Below are positions 30,462 to 40,350 of a stretch of 64,000 nucleotides of DNA, piece after piece. The position numbers and the translations under genes were made by a program. This DNA comes from Candidatus Tayloriibacteriota bacterium. GTDB lineage: Bacteria > Patescibacteriota > Minisyncoccia > Phycocordibacterales > PALSA-1337. The notes under the pieces were generated by a model that saw only the letters and a program-made list of their open reading frames with translations, ran no database searches and was not told where the DNA came from. The DNA lies in NCBI GenBank assembly GCA_016215455.1, contig JACRJP010000004.1, positions 21,132 to 85,131 of the forward strand, given 5' to 3'. Positions within the stretch are counted from its first letter, which is position 1, and each line of letters starts with the position of its first letter.

Positions 30462-31247
30462 ATGTCTGATTACTACATGGCAAAAAAGACACGGGGCATC
30501 TACTCTCCTTCATCGAGTGAGCCTTTTCGTTTGTCTCGTTCAAAAATTGATCTCTTCACTGAATGTCCTCGATGTTTCTACCTTGATCGTAGACTTGGAG
30601 TAGGACGTCCGCCTGGATTTCCTTTTACCCTGAATAGTGCTGTTGATGCGCTTCTCAAAAAAGAATTCGATATTCATCGAAAAGCTCAATCATCACATCC
30701 TCTCATGGAACAATATGCTGTAGATGCAGTACCATTTCAACATAAAGACATGGAAATTTGGCGTGAAAACTTTAAAGGTGTACAAGCGATCCATGAACCA
30801 ACCAATTTTCTCATCACAGGAGCAGTTGATGATGTATGGATTAATCCTAAACAAGAGCTCATTGTTGTAGACTATAAATCAACAAGTAAGGATACTGAAG
30901 TAAATCTTGATGCTGAATGGCAGGATGGCTACAAACGACAAATGGAAGTCTATCAATGGCTTCTACGCCAAATTGGATTCGAAGTTTCTTCTACTGGCTA
31001 CTTTGTCTATGCAAATGGACAAAAAGATCGTAAAGCCTTTGATGGTAAGCTTGAATTTGATATTACCCTCATTCCATACACAGGATCGGATGACTGGATT
31101 GAACCAACTCTAAAGACCATCAAGGCATGTCTTGATGATGATCGAGTACCACTAGCAGGTGAGCATTGTGACTATTGTGCCTACCGCCAAGCAGCAGGTG
31201 AGTCTCTTCGTGATGCAGTTACTGGAACAAAGGCAAAAAAGAAATAG
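30462..31247 (+). CDS. PD-(D/E)XK nuclease (RecB/Cas4-like)
   Basis: LSRSKI...CPRCFY, GAVDDVW, VVDYKST, QMEVYQWL, C-terminal CDYC. Confidence 0.85.
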   Translation: MSDYYMAKKTRGIYSPSSSEPFRLSRSKIDLFTECPRCFYLDRRLGVGRPPGFPFTLNSAVDALLKKEFDIHRKAQSSHPLMEQYAVDAVPFQHKDMEIWRENFKGVQAIHEPTNFLITGAVDDVWINPKQELIVVDYKSTSKDTEVNLDAEWQDGYKRQMEVYQWLLRQIGFEVSSTGYFVYANGQKDRKAFDGKLEFDITLIPYTGSDDWIEPTLKTIKACLDDDRVPLAGEHCDYCAYRQAAGESLRDAVTGTKAKKK

Positions 31248-31263
31248 TACTAAACGACAACAT

Positions 31264-33111
31264 ATGAAAATAACTCCCGCACTCCAAAAGAAAAGTAATA
31301 AAGAATTTCTTGATATTCTCAACAAGACGCTTCGCAAACTTCACACGACATATGAAAATGCTTTTTGGCGTTTTAATATGGGAGAAGCAAAGTATGCAAA
31401 AATCCAAGACACAGCACTTGCGGCACGAGATCACTTTTCAGGAAGTATTGAAATATTAAACGAGGTACAACGCCGTCTTGTACAAGCAAAAGGAGTTGAA
31501 AAAAATCGACTGATGTATTGGCAACGATACTTCAAGAAAAACACAACGCCACCTGAGGTTCGAGAGCTCCGTGCAAAAATAGCTGAGCTTGAGAGTAAGG
31601 TTGCTGTCATCCGAGGTACACGAAAAGAAGGATATATTGATCCAACTACAGGTCTATTCGTCGAAGCGTCAGAACTTGCACTACGAGGACTTGTACGCAC
31701 ATCACCTGATGAAGCTATTCGTAAGGCATGTTTTGAGGCTACAGAAAAACTTATTTCAACAACCATCAATGAATATGTTGAGCTAGTGCAACTTCGAAAT
31801 AAATTTGCACAACAACTTGGTTTTTCTGATTTCTATGCATACAAAGTTGATGGTGATGAAGAAATGAGTACTTCTGAACTTTTTGCTATATTCGATCCGA
31901 TATACAACCAAACAAAATACGTTTTTGATACTATCCGTCAACTTGAAAAAGAAAAACCAGGTCTGCGCAAACCATGGAACTTTAATTACATGATGGCAGG
32001 TAATTTTACCAAAGAAGAAGATCCATATTTCCAATTTGATCAAGCTCTCCCTATGTGGGCAAAAACATTTGCTGCACTTGGTATAGATTTTAAAGGAGGA
32101 ACAATCACTCTTGACCTTCTTGATCGAAAAGGAAAAACAAATAATGGTTTCTGCCACTGGCCTCGCACAGTAGCATATAAAAAGAATCGTAGGATACCTG
32201 GTGCAAGTAATTTCACTTGTACTCTTGTTCCAGGTCAGATAGGGGAAGGAAGTAACGGCCTTCACACACTCTTTCATGAAGGTGGTCATGCAGCACACCT
32301 CCTCAACTCAGAAGAACGTGATGTGTGTAACAGTCATGAATACGCACCTATGTCGATGTCCTGGGCTGAGACCCAATCAATGTCGATGGATAGTATCTCA
32401 AGCAGTATTGAGTGGCGTATAAGATATGCAAAAAATAAAGAGGGTGCTCCGTATCCATTCGAACTTTTTGAAAGAAAAACTAAGGCACTAGCACCTCTTC
32501 TTCCGCTCGGTATGATGAGTATGCTTGCGATGATGTCATTTGAACGAAATGTGTATGAATATCCAAGCGATACACTCACAGCAGAGAAAGTAATGGAATT
32601 TGCGCGTGAAGCTTCAAAAAAATATTTTGATCGAGATGGTGATTCTCATTGGCCTCTTAGTGTATTTCATATTTACTCATGGGATAGTGCTGCTAATTAC
32701 TACGGATACGCTTTAGCAGACATCGTTGTTGCTCAATGGAGAGATTATTTCTATAAAAAATATGGATATATTGTTGATAATCCAAAAGTAGGAAAAGAAA
32801 TGGCAAAAGTATGGAAGTTTGGTGGTCGCTATTCAACAAAGGAATTTGTACGTACAGCAATGAATACTGAATTCAATGTTCAACCATATATAGATTCAAT
32901 TACTCGTACAGTGCCCGAACGTATCACTCTTGCACAAGAACGCATTGCGCGCCTCGCAAAGGTAAAACCGTATACAAAACCAATAGATTTAAAAGCAAAA
33001 ATCACTCTTGTACATGGTCGTAAAAAGATAGCTGACAACAGTAAAGGTTTTGATGCAATGACCAAAAAATACGCAGCGTGGCTTAAGAAACAAGAACCTA
33101 AAAGTAAGTAA
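31264..33111 (+). CDS. M3-family metallopeptidase (oligoendopeptidase-like)
   Basis: DLLDRKGK..NGFC, LFHEGGHAAH (HEXXH), AETQS, HIY...YYGY.LA. Confidence 0.85.
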   Translation: MKITPALQKKSNKEFLDILNKTLRKLHTTYENAFWRFNMGEAKYAKIQDTALAARDHFSGSIEILNEVQRRLVQAKGVEKNRLMYWQRYFKKNTTPPEVRELRAKIAELESKVAVIRGTRKEGYIDPTTGLFVEASELALRGLVRTSPDEAIRKACFEATEKLISTTINEYVELVQLRNKFAQQLGFSDFYAYKVDGDEEMSTSELFAIFDPIYNQTKYVFDTIRQLEKEKPGLRKPWNFNYMMAGNFTKEEDPYFQFDQALPMWAKTFAALGIDFKGGTITLDLLDRKGKTNNGFCHWPRTVAYKKNRRIPGASNFTCTLVPGQIGEGSNGLHTLFHEGGHAAHLLNSEERDVCNSHEYAPMSMSWAETQSMSMDSISSSIEWRIRYAKNKEGAPYPFELFERKTKALAPLLPLGMMSMLAMMSFERNVYEYPSDTLTAEKVMEFAREASKKYFDRDGDSHWPLSVFHIYSWDSAANYYGYALADIVVAQWRDYFYKKYGYIVDNPKVGKEMAKVWKFGGRYSTKEFVRTAMNTEFNVQPYIDSITRTVPERITLAQERIARLAKVKPYTKPIDLKAKITLVHGRKKIADNSKGFDAMTKKYAAWLKKQEPKSK

Positions 33112-33128
33112 CGTTAATAAAAATCTAC

Positions 33129-33542
33129 TCAAGCATTCCACTCAAGATCAAGACGAGACTCGGGAGGAGGATGCCGAAACCGCCTATCCTTCTGTTGTAG
33201 ACGAAGGCCAATTACGTCAATGATGTCAGACGGGGTATAGTTCAACAAAATTGCTACCGGAATGACCTTTGGAAACATAGCGGCATACAGCTTATTAAAC
33301 TTCCTTACACCCCATGGAGAAGACTTGATCTGCAGTGGTATTTCACCAAAAGGTGTATTGAGCCAAATATCTGTTTTTAAATCCATGTCATCTCTTAGAC
33401 TACCTTTTCGAGCACCCAAAAGCCAAAAAGGTTTGTCGGGGGATGTCATCGTATCCATTAAGGCAGCAAGAGCTCTTCGTTCGGTTTCTTCACCAATCCG
33501 CAAACTTTCAAGATCATCGGCTTCAAAAGAAAAATCGGCCAT
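33129..33542 (-). CDS. Hypothetical PD-(D/E)XK-like protein (orphan)
   Basis: G...E, then DDMDLKTDIW...IPLQIKSS pattern. Own - strand promoter. Confidence 0.6.
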   Translation of the reverse strand: MADFSFEADDLESLRIGEETERRALAALMDTMTSPDKPFWLLGARKGSLRDDMDLKTDIWLNTPFGEIPLQIKSSPWGVRKFNKLYAAMFPKVIPVAILLNYTPSDIIDVIGLRLQQKDRRFRHPPPESRLDLEWNA

Positions 33543-33631
33543 AGAGCATAGAATCTATCTTTGAAAGTAACATACAAACACCACTATCGTCAATATTCTG
33601 ATAAAATCCTTATGTGTGCTATATTTTCTCC

Positions 33632-35503
33632 ATGAATTCCCACGAGATCCGCAAAAAATACCTCGATTTTTATGCTTCAAAAAAGCATACCATCATCCCG
33701 TCTTCATCACTTGTTCCTGATAACGATCCTACAACTCTCTTTACTGGATCAGGAATGCAACCTCTCATTCCATATCTTCTTGGAGCAAAGCATCCACAAG
33801 GAACACGTCTTGTTGACTCACAGAAATCTTTCCGTAGTGGTGACATCGAAGATATTGGGGATAATCGCCATACAACATTTTTTGAAATGCTTGGTAACTG
33901 GTCACTTGGTGACTATTTCAAAAAAGAACAACTCCCGTGGGTATTTGAATTTCTCATTGACCATGTAGGGCTCGATCCCAAGAAACTTTACGTTACCGTC
34001 TTCATCGGGGATGAAAAAAATAATCTTCCTCGTGATACTGATTCAGTGGCCATTTGGAAAGATCTTTTTGCACAAAAAGGAATTGAGGCAAAGGATGTAG
34101 AAATGGGAAGTGAAGCGGAAGCGGCCGAAAAAGGCATGCAGAATGGCCGTATTTTCTACTATGACGGTAAGAAAAACTGGTGGTCACGTTCAGGTGAGCC
34201 AAGTAAAATGCCAGCAGGTGAACCAGGTGGTCCTGACTCTGAGTTGTTCTATGAATTCGACTTCGTACAACACGATCCAAAATTTGGTACACATTGTCAT
34301 CCAAATTGTGACTGTGGTCGTTACCTTGAAATCGGTAACTCAGTATTCATGGAATACAAAAAGAATGCCGACGGAACATTTTCAAAACTTCCACAACAAA
34401 ACGTTGACTTCGGTGGAGGGCTTGAACGTATTGCAATGGCGTCAGTATATTCTTCAGATATTTTTGATATTGATCTTCTCAAGGGAATCGTAACAACTCT
34501 TGAATCTCTTTCAGGGAAGTCATATAAAGATGCTGCATACACTGCAGCTTTCCGTGTTGTAGCCGACCATATTCGATCTGCCACATTTCTCATCGGAGAT
34601 GGAGTAAGTCCATCAAATAGTGAACGTGGATATTTTGTCCGACGACTTCTTCGACGAGCTATTCGCTTCTGGGATACACTTGGTATTGCAAACGGTGGAC
34701 TCTCACAAATTGTTCTTCCTCTTTTAGAGAAATATAAAGAAGCATATCCTGAAACATACGCACAATCAGCTCGTATCATCACAGAAATCGATACTGAAGA
34801 GAAAAAATTCCGAGCAACACTTCGCCAAGGCCTTAAAGAATTTGAAAAACTTGCTCAGAATAAACAAATCAGTGGTGAACAGGCCTTCGCACTCTTTTCA
34901 AGTTATGGTTTTCCTATAGAAATTACTCTTGAGCTTGCAAAGGAAAAGAATATTACCGTCGATCGTGAAGCTTTTGATACTGAAATGAAAAAACACCAGG
35001 ATCTCTCACGTGCTGGATCTGAAAAGAAATTCAAAGGAGGGCTTGCAGACACAAGTGAGATGTCACTTAAGTATCATACCGCTACACATCTTTTGAATGC
35101 GGGTCTTCGTGCTGTACTCGGAAATCATATTGGTCAAAAGGGAAGTAATATCACTCCTGAACGTCTTCGTTTTGATTTCAATCATGTTACAAAACTCACT
35201 GATGAAGAAAAAAAGAAGGTGGAAGATTTTGTTAACGAGGCAATTGCACGTAAACTTCCTGTTTCATGGAAAGAGATGCCAAAGACTGAAGCAGAAAAGC
35301 TTGGAGCAATTCATGCATTCGGAGAAAAATATGGTGACATTGTAAAGGTATACAGTGTTGGAGATGAGACAACTGGAGTACTCAGTCGTGAATTTTGTGG
35401 AGGACCACATGTGGAAAACACAGGGGTACTTGGTCACTTCAAAATAGCTAAAGAAGAGGCCGTATCTGCTGGGGTACGACGCATCAAGGCGGTGTTGGAG
35501 TAG
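33632..35503 (+). CDS. alaS: Alanyl-tRNA synthetase, short form lacking C-Ala domain
   Basis: DPTTLFTGSGMQ, RHTTFFEMLGN, VDFGGGLER, editing HTATH and CGGPH. Ends at GVRRIKAVLE. Confidence 0.97.
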   Translation: MNSHEIRKKYLDFYASKKHTIIPSSSLVPDNDPTTLFTGSGMQPLIPYLLGAKHPQGTRLVDSQKSFRSGDIEDIGDNRHTTFFEMLGNWSLGDYFKKEQLPWVFEFLIDHVGLDPKKLYVTVFIGDEKNNLPRDTDSVAIWKDLFAQKGIEAKDVEMGSEAEAAEKGMQNGRIFYYDGKKNWWSRSGEPSKMPAGEPGGPDSELFYEFDFVQHDPKFGTHCHPNCDCGRYLEIGNSVFMEYKKNADGTFSKLPQQNVDFGGGLERIAMASVYSSDIFDIDLLKGIVTTLESLSGKSYKDAAYTAAFRVVADHIRSATFLIGDGVSPSNSERGYFVRRLLRRAIRFWDTLGIANGGLSQIVLPLLEKYKEAYPETYAQSARIITEIDTEEKKFRATLRQGLKEFEKLAQNKQISGEQAFALFSSYGFPIEITLELAKEKNITVDREAFDTEMKKHQDLSRAGSEKKFKGGLADTSEMSLKYHTATHLLNAGLRAVLGNHIGQKGSNITPERLRFDFNHVTKLTDEEKKKVEDFVNEAIARKLPVSWKEMPKTEAEKLGAIHAFGEKYGDIVKVYSVGDETTGVLSREFCGGPHVENTGVLGHFKIAKEEAVSAGVRRIKAVLE

Positions 35504-35858
35504 GGTAATTGCAAAATTTTCTTATTCTCTGTAAAATATTTCCCAGACCCACCAGTATGATCAGTATGATTGCAACCCTGAGAACCGAAGAATTCTTCAG
35601 ACGCATTTCCCGAGTGGAATTATTTCCGGTATCCGACGTAGCACGACGATTGACAGGTATGTTGGAAAAGTGTCCAGGCCCTGGGTATGAAAACGCGGGG
35701 CTGCACCGAACATCAACTGACACGAAACCGAACTCTTGTCCTCAAAGGTTTGGCCTACTTGCCAGAACGATCTCGTCCGGAGATTAGTTTCCAAAGAAGA
35801 AATCAAATCCCCATTCCGCGCAGGAGGAGCAATTTTTATTTATGCTATACTTTTAGGG

Positions 35859-36998
35859 ATGTTTTCTTTTTTTAAAAAGCCTACTCAAAGTTATGCAGTA
35901 TTCTTGAGTCTCACCTCAAGTGGGGCAACTGGCGCTCTTGTAGAAACAAGCTCTACTATTCCATCAGTCATTGAAACATATACCGAGTATATTCCTGTGC
36001 GAAAAGAGATGGATACAACAACGATTGCTAAAAATATTGAAACCTCTGCTGAAAGAGTTCTTTCAAAACTCACCAAAGGTCGTCCTGAAATAAAATACAT
36101 TAATTCAATCCACTGTGTTCTCTCATCACCGTGGGTAGTCACACAAACAAAAACAGTTATTTCAAATTTTGATCAACCGAAAGAAATTAACCGTAATAAT
36201 ATTCTTCAGATCATTGATCATGAAAAAGACGGAATACAGAATAGTTATTCCGATATTAAATTTATCGAAGAAAAAATCTGTCTCACAAAAGTAAATGGAT
36301 ACGAGGTTGAATCTATTAACAAAGTAGTAGCAAAAAGTCTTGAAGTTTCTTTCATTGTAAGTACTACTGCAACCTCAATCTCTGATGCTCTCCAGAATGC
36401 AGCTCATGCGACCCTTCCTAAGGTGGCTATTGAATACCACTCAGCTATTCTTCTTGAATACTCAACTCTCTCTCGACTCTACCCGGATATAAAAGACTGT
36501 GTATTTATCGATATTCATGGAGAAGTAACCGACGTTGTGGCTCTTGGAGGTGGTGTACCACGCTATACCGGCTCATTTCCTTTAGGAACTCGTGAATTCA
36601 TACAAACAGTGGCTCGTCGACTCAAAGTCTCTCATGGAATTGCAGACTCAAAATTAACACTTCACGCCGAAGAGTCACACGATCCTCTGACATCATCAAA
36701 AATACAAGAAGCGGTGACGAAAACAGGTGATGCATGGATTAATCACATAACAGAAAGTATGCGAGAAATTGGTGACACCATGATTGTGCCATGTAAAATT
36801 ATGATAAGTGCTGATAAATATCAAAGTGCTTTTGTAACACTTGTGGAAAAAGAATGTAAGGAGGGAAGACTCAGTAACTTTTGTGACATCATTGAGTATT
36901 CACACGATATTTTTGGACGACAGATTTCTTTTGTTCCAGCAACACGTGAAGATGGAAGACTCGCTGCATATATACTTGGAGTAAGAGATTTGATATAA
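35859..36998 (+). CDS. FtsA/PilM-like actin-fold protein (degenerate)
   Basis: VFIDIHGEVTDV....G......SFPLG...F...VA..L..S...A pattern. ATG 35859, 7 nt after TATACT. Confidence 0.6.
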   Translation: MFSFFKKPTQSYAVFLSLTSSGATGALVETSSTIPSVIETYTEYIPVRKEMDTTTIAKNIETSAERVLSKLTKGRPEIKYINSIHCVLSSPWVVTQTKTVISNFDQPKEINRNNILQIIDHEKDGIQNSYSDIKFIEEKICLTKVNGYEVESINKVVAKSLEVSFIVSTTATSISDALQNAAHATLPKVAIEYHSAILLEYSTLSRLYPDIKDCVFIDIHGEVTDVVALGGGVPRYTGSFPLGTREFIQTVARRLKVSHGIADSKLTLHAEESHDPLTSSKIQEAVTKTGDAWINHITESMREIGDTMIVPCKIMISADKYQSAFVTLVEKECKEGRLSNFCDIIEYSHDIFGRQISFVPATREDGRLAAYILGVRDLI

Positions 36999-37020
36999 TA
37001 ATTTCAACCTAGAATTTTCT

Positions 37021-38364
37021 ATGGAAAAACGTACCTTTCATGATGTGGTTCCACCTACCGAGCGCAGTGTGCGCAGGATTCCTATTGCCGGACGTCAGGC
37101 AACAATTCGACCTACATCTCAACCCGCACAAGATACATTTACTCCTCCAACATATCAGGAACGTCCTTCACGAGAACGACATTTTTCTCCTCTCACTGAA
37201 TCAAAACCTCGTAATCACAAAAAACTCACGATAGGAGCTCTTATCCTTGTGGGTGGTATTGCTCTCGTTGCTGTTCTTTCAGCATTGTTGGGAACAGTCG
37301 AGGTTCGAGTTACTCCTAAACACGCTGAAGTAAAAATTAATGATGTCTACACAGCAACCGCAAGTGGAAGTACACCGGGTCTCCGCTATATCATTGCAAC
37401 AAGTACTGCTATCGTCTCAGAAGTGGTTCCTGCAACAAAGGGAGGTATCGTTCAAACAAAAGCAAAGGGTAAAGTCCTCATTACCAATACCTCATCAACA
37501 GTACCTCAGAAACTCGTAGCAACTACCCGTCTACAGGCTCTTGATGGCACTATATACAGACTCGATACAGCTGTCACCGTCCCTGCAGCGACAAATTCAG
37601 GTGATAAGCTCATTCCTGGAACCATTACAGCCTCAGTAACAGCTGATCAGTATGGTGATAGCTACAATCTACGTCTCAGTGATGGTCCTTTTACCTTTAC
37701 CTTTCCTGGCTTTAAGGGAAGTAAGAAGTTTGATGTATTTACTGCAAAAGCAGTCACTGACATTACAGGTGGATACTTTGGTACAAAGAACATCATTAGT
37801 CCAACTGTAGCTCAAGAAGCAACTGCTCGTCTCCAGAAAAAACTCAGTGAAACACTCGTGGCTCAGAGTAAAGCATACGCATCGTCAACATATGTGATGT
37901 ATGACACTGGTTATGCACTTGAGATAGAACGCTTGGTTGATATTTCAAAAGGTACTAACAGTTCAGAAATTCGTTACTCAGGAACTATCTATGTACCAAT
38001 GTTTGAACCAAAAAATCTCGTTGCACATATCGCAAAAACAGAATCAGAACGTATAGGTGGAGCTGCAAATATCCGTATAGAAGGACTACAGGAACTTGCG
38101 TTTACTGCACGAGATCTTAAGGTAACAACACTAAAAAAACGTGAACCATTTTCATTCGCTCTCCGTGGAAATATAAAGCTCACTGGTAATGTGGCAGTAG
38201 ACGCTCTCAGAGAGAACCTTAAGGGCCTTTCACTTTCAGAAAGTAATGCTATTTTTGCTAAATATTCAACGATTGCAAATGCTGATGTTGTAACTATTCC
38301 AAGTTGGATTCGATGGTTCCCGAAGTCAGATTCTCGCATCAAAATTAGCGTACAGGAACCGTAA
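37021..38364 (+). CDS. Membrane-anchored protein with baseplate J-like beta domain
   Basis: Disordered N-terminus, one TM, KAKGKV.I.N, Q.LVATTRL....G.IYRL...V.VP, V.AD..G..YN, ITGG. Confidence 0.6.
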   Translation: MEKRTFHDVVPPTERSVRRIPIAGRQATIRPTSQPAQDTFTPPTYQERPSRERHFSPLTESKPRNHKKLTIGALILVGGIALVAVLSALLGTVEVRVTPKHAEVKINDVYTATASGSTPGLRYIIATSTAIVSEVVPATKGGIVQTKAKGKVLITNTSSTVPQKLVATTRLQALDGTIYRLDTAVTVPAATNSGDKLIPGTITASVTADQYGDSYNLRLSDGPFTFTFPGFKGSKKFDVFTAKAVTDITGGYFGTKNIISPTVAQEATARLQKKLSETLVAQSKAYASSTYVMYDTGYALEIERLVDISKGTNSSEIRYSGTIYVPMFEPKNLVAHIAKTESERIGGAANIRIEGLQELAFTARDLKVTTLKKREPFSFALRGNIKLTGNVAVDALRENLKGLSLSESNAIFAKYSTIANADVVTIPSWIRWFPKSDSRIKISVQEP

Positions 38365-38454
38365 TTAGATATGAATGTAGATATACCTATTGACTCAATA
38401 GGGTATCTTCTGCTACTATACGCAAACGCGCTAAATAACCTTTAGCTGAATTTG

Positions 38455-38691
38455 ATGGAGGAACAAAAAAAGAACCTACAAGTTAACGACAAAGAAACAA
38501 CCTACGGCGGAGTAGTAGAAGCTCTCCCCAATACATTGTTTCGAGTCAAACTTGACGGTTCTGAAGAAATTATCCTCGCTTACCTCGCAGGTAAGATGAG
38601 AATGAACAGAATTCGTGTGCTCATTGGGGATAGAGTAGAACTCAAACTCGATTCATACGGTGGACGAGCACGAATTATCAAGCGACTATAA
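38455..38691 (+). CDS. infA: Translation initiation factor IF-1
   Basis: [15 protein letters not shown]...[22 protein letters not shown]. Confidence 0.97.
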   Translation: MEEQKKNLQVNDKETTYGGVVEALPNTLFRVKLDGSEEIILAYLAGKMRMNRIRVLIGDRVELKLDSYGGRARIIKRL

Positions 38692-38697
38692 TAAAAA

Positions 38698-38814
38698 ATG
38701 AAAGTACGAGCTTCAGTAAAAACAATGTGTGCAAAATGCAGCGTAGTTCGCCGAAAGGGCTACGTGTATGTAGTGTGCAAATCAAATCCGCGACATAAGC
38801 AGCGACAAGGTTAA
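38698..38814 (+). CDS. rpmJ: 50S ribosomal protein L36 (Zn-binding type)
   Basis: Below ORF-track cutoff: [38 protein letters not shown]. Confidence 0.97.
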   Translation: MKVRASVKTMCAKCSVVRRKGYVYVVCKSNPRHKQRQG

Positions 38815-38834
38815 TCTCAATATTATTTATTTCC

Positions 38835-39215
38835 ATGCGTATCCTAGGTATCACACTTCCAGATAATAAAAGAATTGAAATGGCTCTCACCGCACTCTAC
38901 GGTATTGGCCGTTCACGAGCTCAATACATTCTCGACCAAGCAAAGGTAGACTATGGAATGAAAGCAAAAGACATTACGGTAGAACAAGAGAATACGATTC
39001 GAAAGATTATCGAATCATTCCGAATCGAAGGTGATCTCAAGCGAGAAGTAGCATCAAATATCAAGCGACTCAAAGACATCAAGGCATACCGTGGTACTCG
39101 CCACGCAAAACGCCTCCCAGCTCGAGGTCAACGAACAAAGACTAACTCACGAACTCTTCGTGGAAACGTTCGAAAGACTATGGGTTCAGGACGTAAGAAG
39201 GAAGAAAAGAAGTAA
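38835..39215 (+). CDS. rpsM: 30S ribosomal protein S13
   Basis: ALTALYGIG, EGDLKRE, YRGTRH...LPARGQRTKTNSRT. Confidence 0.98.
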   Translation: MRILGITLPDNKRIEMALTALYGIGRSRAQYILDQAKVDYGMKAKDITVEQENTIRKIIESFRIEGDLKREVASNIKRLKDIKAYRGTRHAKRLPARGQRTKTNSRTLRGNVRKTMGSGRKKEEKK

Positions 39216-39239
39216 CATAATCAAACAGACCACACCACT

Positions 39240-39665
39240 ATGGGAAAGAAACGAATTGTATCAACAGGTGAGGCGGCTTCAAAAGAAGCAAAGCCAGCAC
39301 AAACATCAAGCAAAAAGCGTCTTGATGCAGGTGTTTTGTATGTTCAATCAACATACAACAACACAAAAGTACTTCTCACTGATACTAAGGGAGATGCTAT
39401 TATGTGGTCTTCAAGTGGAGCTCTTGGTTTCAAGGGTGCTAAGAAAGGAACACCTTTTGCAGCTGCAAAGGTAGGTGAAACTCTCGCAGCAAAGGCAGCT
39501 CTCCTTGGTCTCAAGGAAATCTCTGTTGTAGTGAAGGGGGTTGGCTCAGGTCGTGAATCAGCGATCCGAGGTTTTATTTCAAAAGGAGTAACAATTGCAG
39601 CAATCAAAGACGAAACTCCAGTTCCGTTTAATGGACCGAAGCCACCTAAGCCTCGACGAGTATAA
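39240..39665 (+). CDS. rpsK: 30S ribosomal protein S11
   Basis: STYNNT, WSSSGALGFKGAKKGTPFAA, GVGSGRESAIR. Confidence 0.98.
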   Translation: MGKKRIVSTGEAASKEAKPAQTSSKKRLDAGVLYVQSTYNNTKVLLTDTKGDAIMWSSSGALGFKGAKKGTPFAAAKVGETLAAKAALLGLKEISVVVKGVGSGRESAIRGFISKGVTIAAIKDETPVPFNGPKPPKPRRV

Positions 39666-39676
39666 TATTTATTAAT

Positions 39677-40288
39677 ATGAAAATAGGAGCGAAATACAAA
39701 ATTGTTCGACGACTTGGAGGAGCTACAGTGTTTGAAAAAACACAGGGCCCAAAGTATGCACTTCGTGCACAGAACCGAGCGATGTCATCAAAATCAAAGC
39801 CTAAGGCTAAAAGTGATTTTGCACTTCGTTTGATGGAAAAGCAGAAGGCTCGTTATACATACTGTGTTACAGAACGACAGTTTTCTAAGTACGCAAAGAA
39901 ATCTCTTGAAAAGGGAGGAAATGCTGGTGCACTTCTTATTCAAACTCTCGAAAGTCGTCTCGACAACGTAGCACTCCGATCAGGTCTTGCTTCAACTCGA
40001 CTTGCAGCACGTCAGATGGTTTCTCATGGTCATCTTTTGGTTAATGGAAAGATCGTAACTATCCCTTCATACCAGGTTTCTGTAGGGGAAGTTATTACGA
40101 TTCGTGAGGGTAGTAAAAAGAAGCCTCTCTTTGCAACAATCGAAGAGAAGCTCAAAGCAGCAAAGGTTCCTGCATGGCTCAAGGTGAATATTGAAAAGAA
40201 GGAAATTACTATCGACGGAGTACCGACTGCACAGGCTTCAGAGTTACTCTTCAATGTTGGCTCAGTTCTTGAGTTTTACACGAGATAG
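39677..40288 (+). CDS. rpsD: 30S ribosomal protein S4
   Basis: LMEKQKAR, LESRLDNV, ARQMVSHGH..VNG, EFYTR. Confidence 0.98.
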   Translation: MKIGAKYKIVRRLGGATVFEKTQGPKYALRAQNRAMSSKSKPKAKSDFALRLMEKQKARYTYCVTERQFSKYAKKSLEKGGNAGALLIQTLESRLDNVALRSGLASTRLAARQMVSHGHLLVNGKIVTIPSYQVSVGEVITIREGSKKKPLFATIEEKLKAAKVPAWLKVNIEKKEITIDGVPTAQASELLFNVGSVLEFYTR

Positions 40289-40350
40289 AGTTGCAATTAT
40301 CAAGAAAGTAGTGTAAAGTATTGTATATTTTATAAAGCCCCAATAAACCT

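Noticed and set aside
30462-31247. Cas4 / CRISPR system
   Set aside because: No repeat-spacer array or other cas genes in the window; treated as a solo PD-(D/E)XK nuclease.
37021-38364. Prophage based on the baseplate J-like region
   Set aside because: TM-anchored, host-like codon usage, and no terminase, capsid, tail or integrase neighbours.
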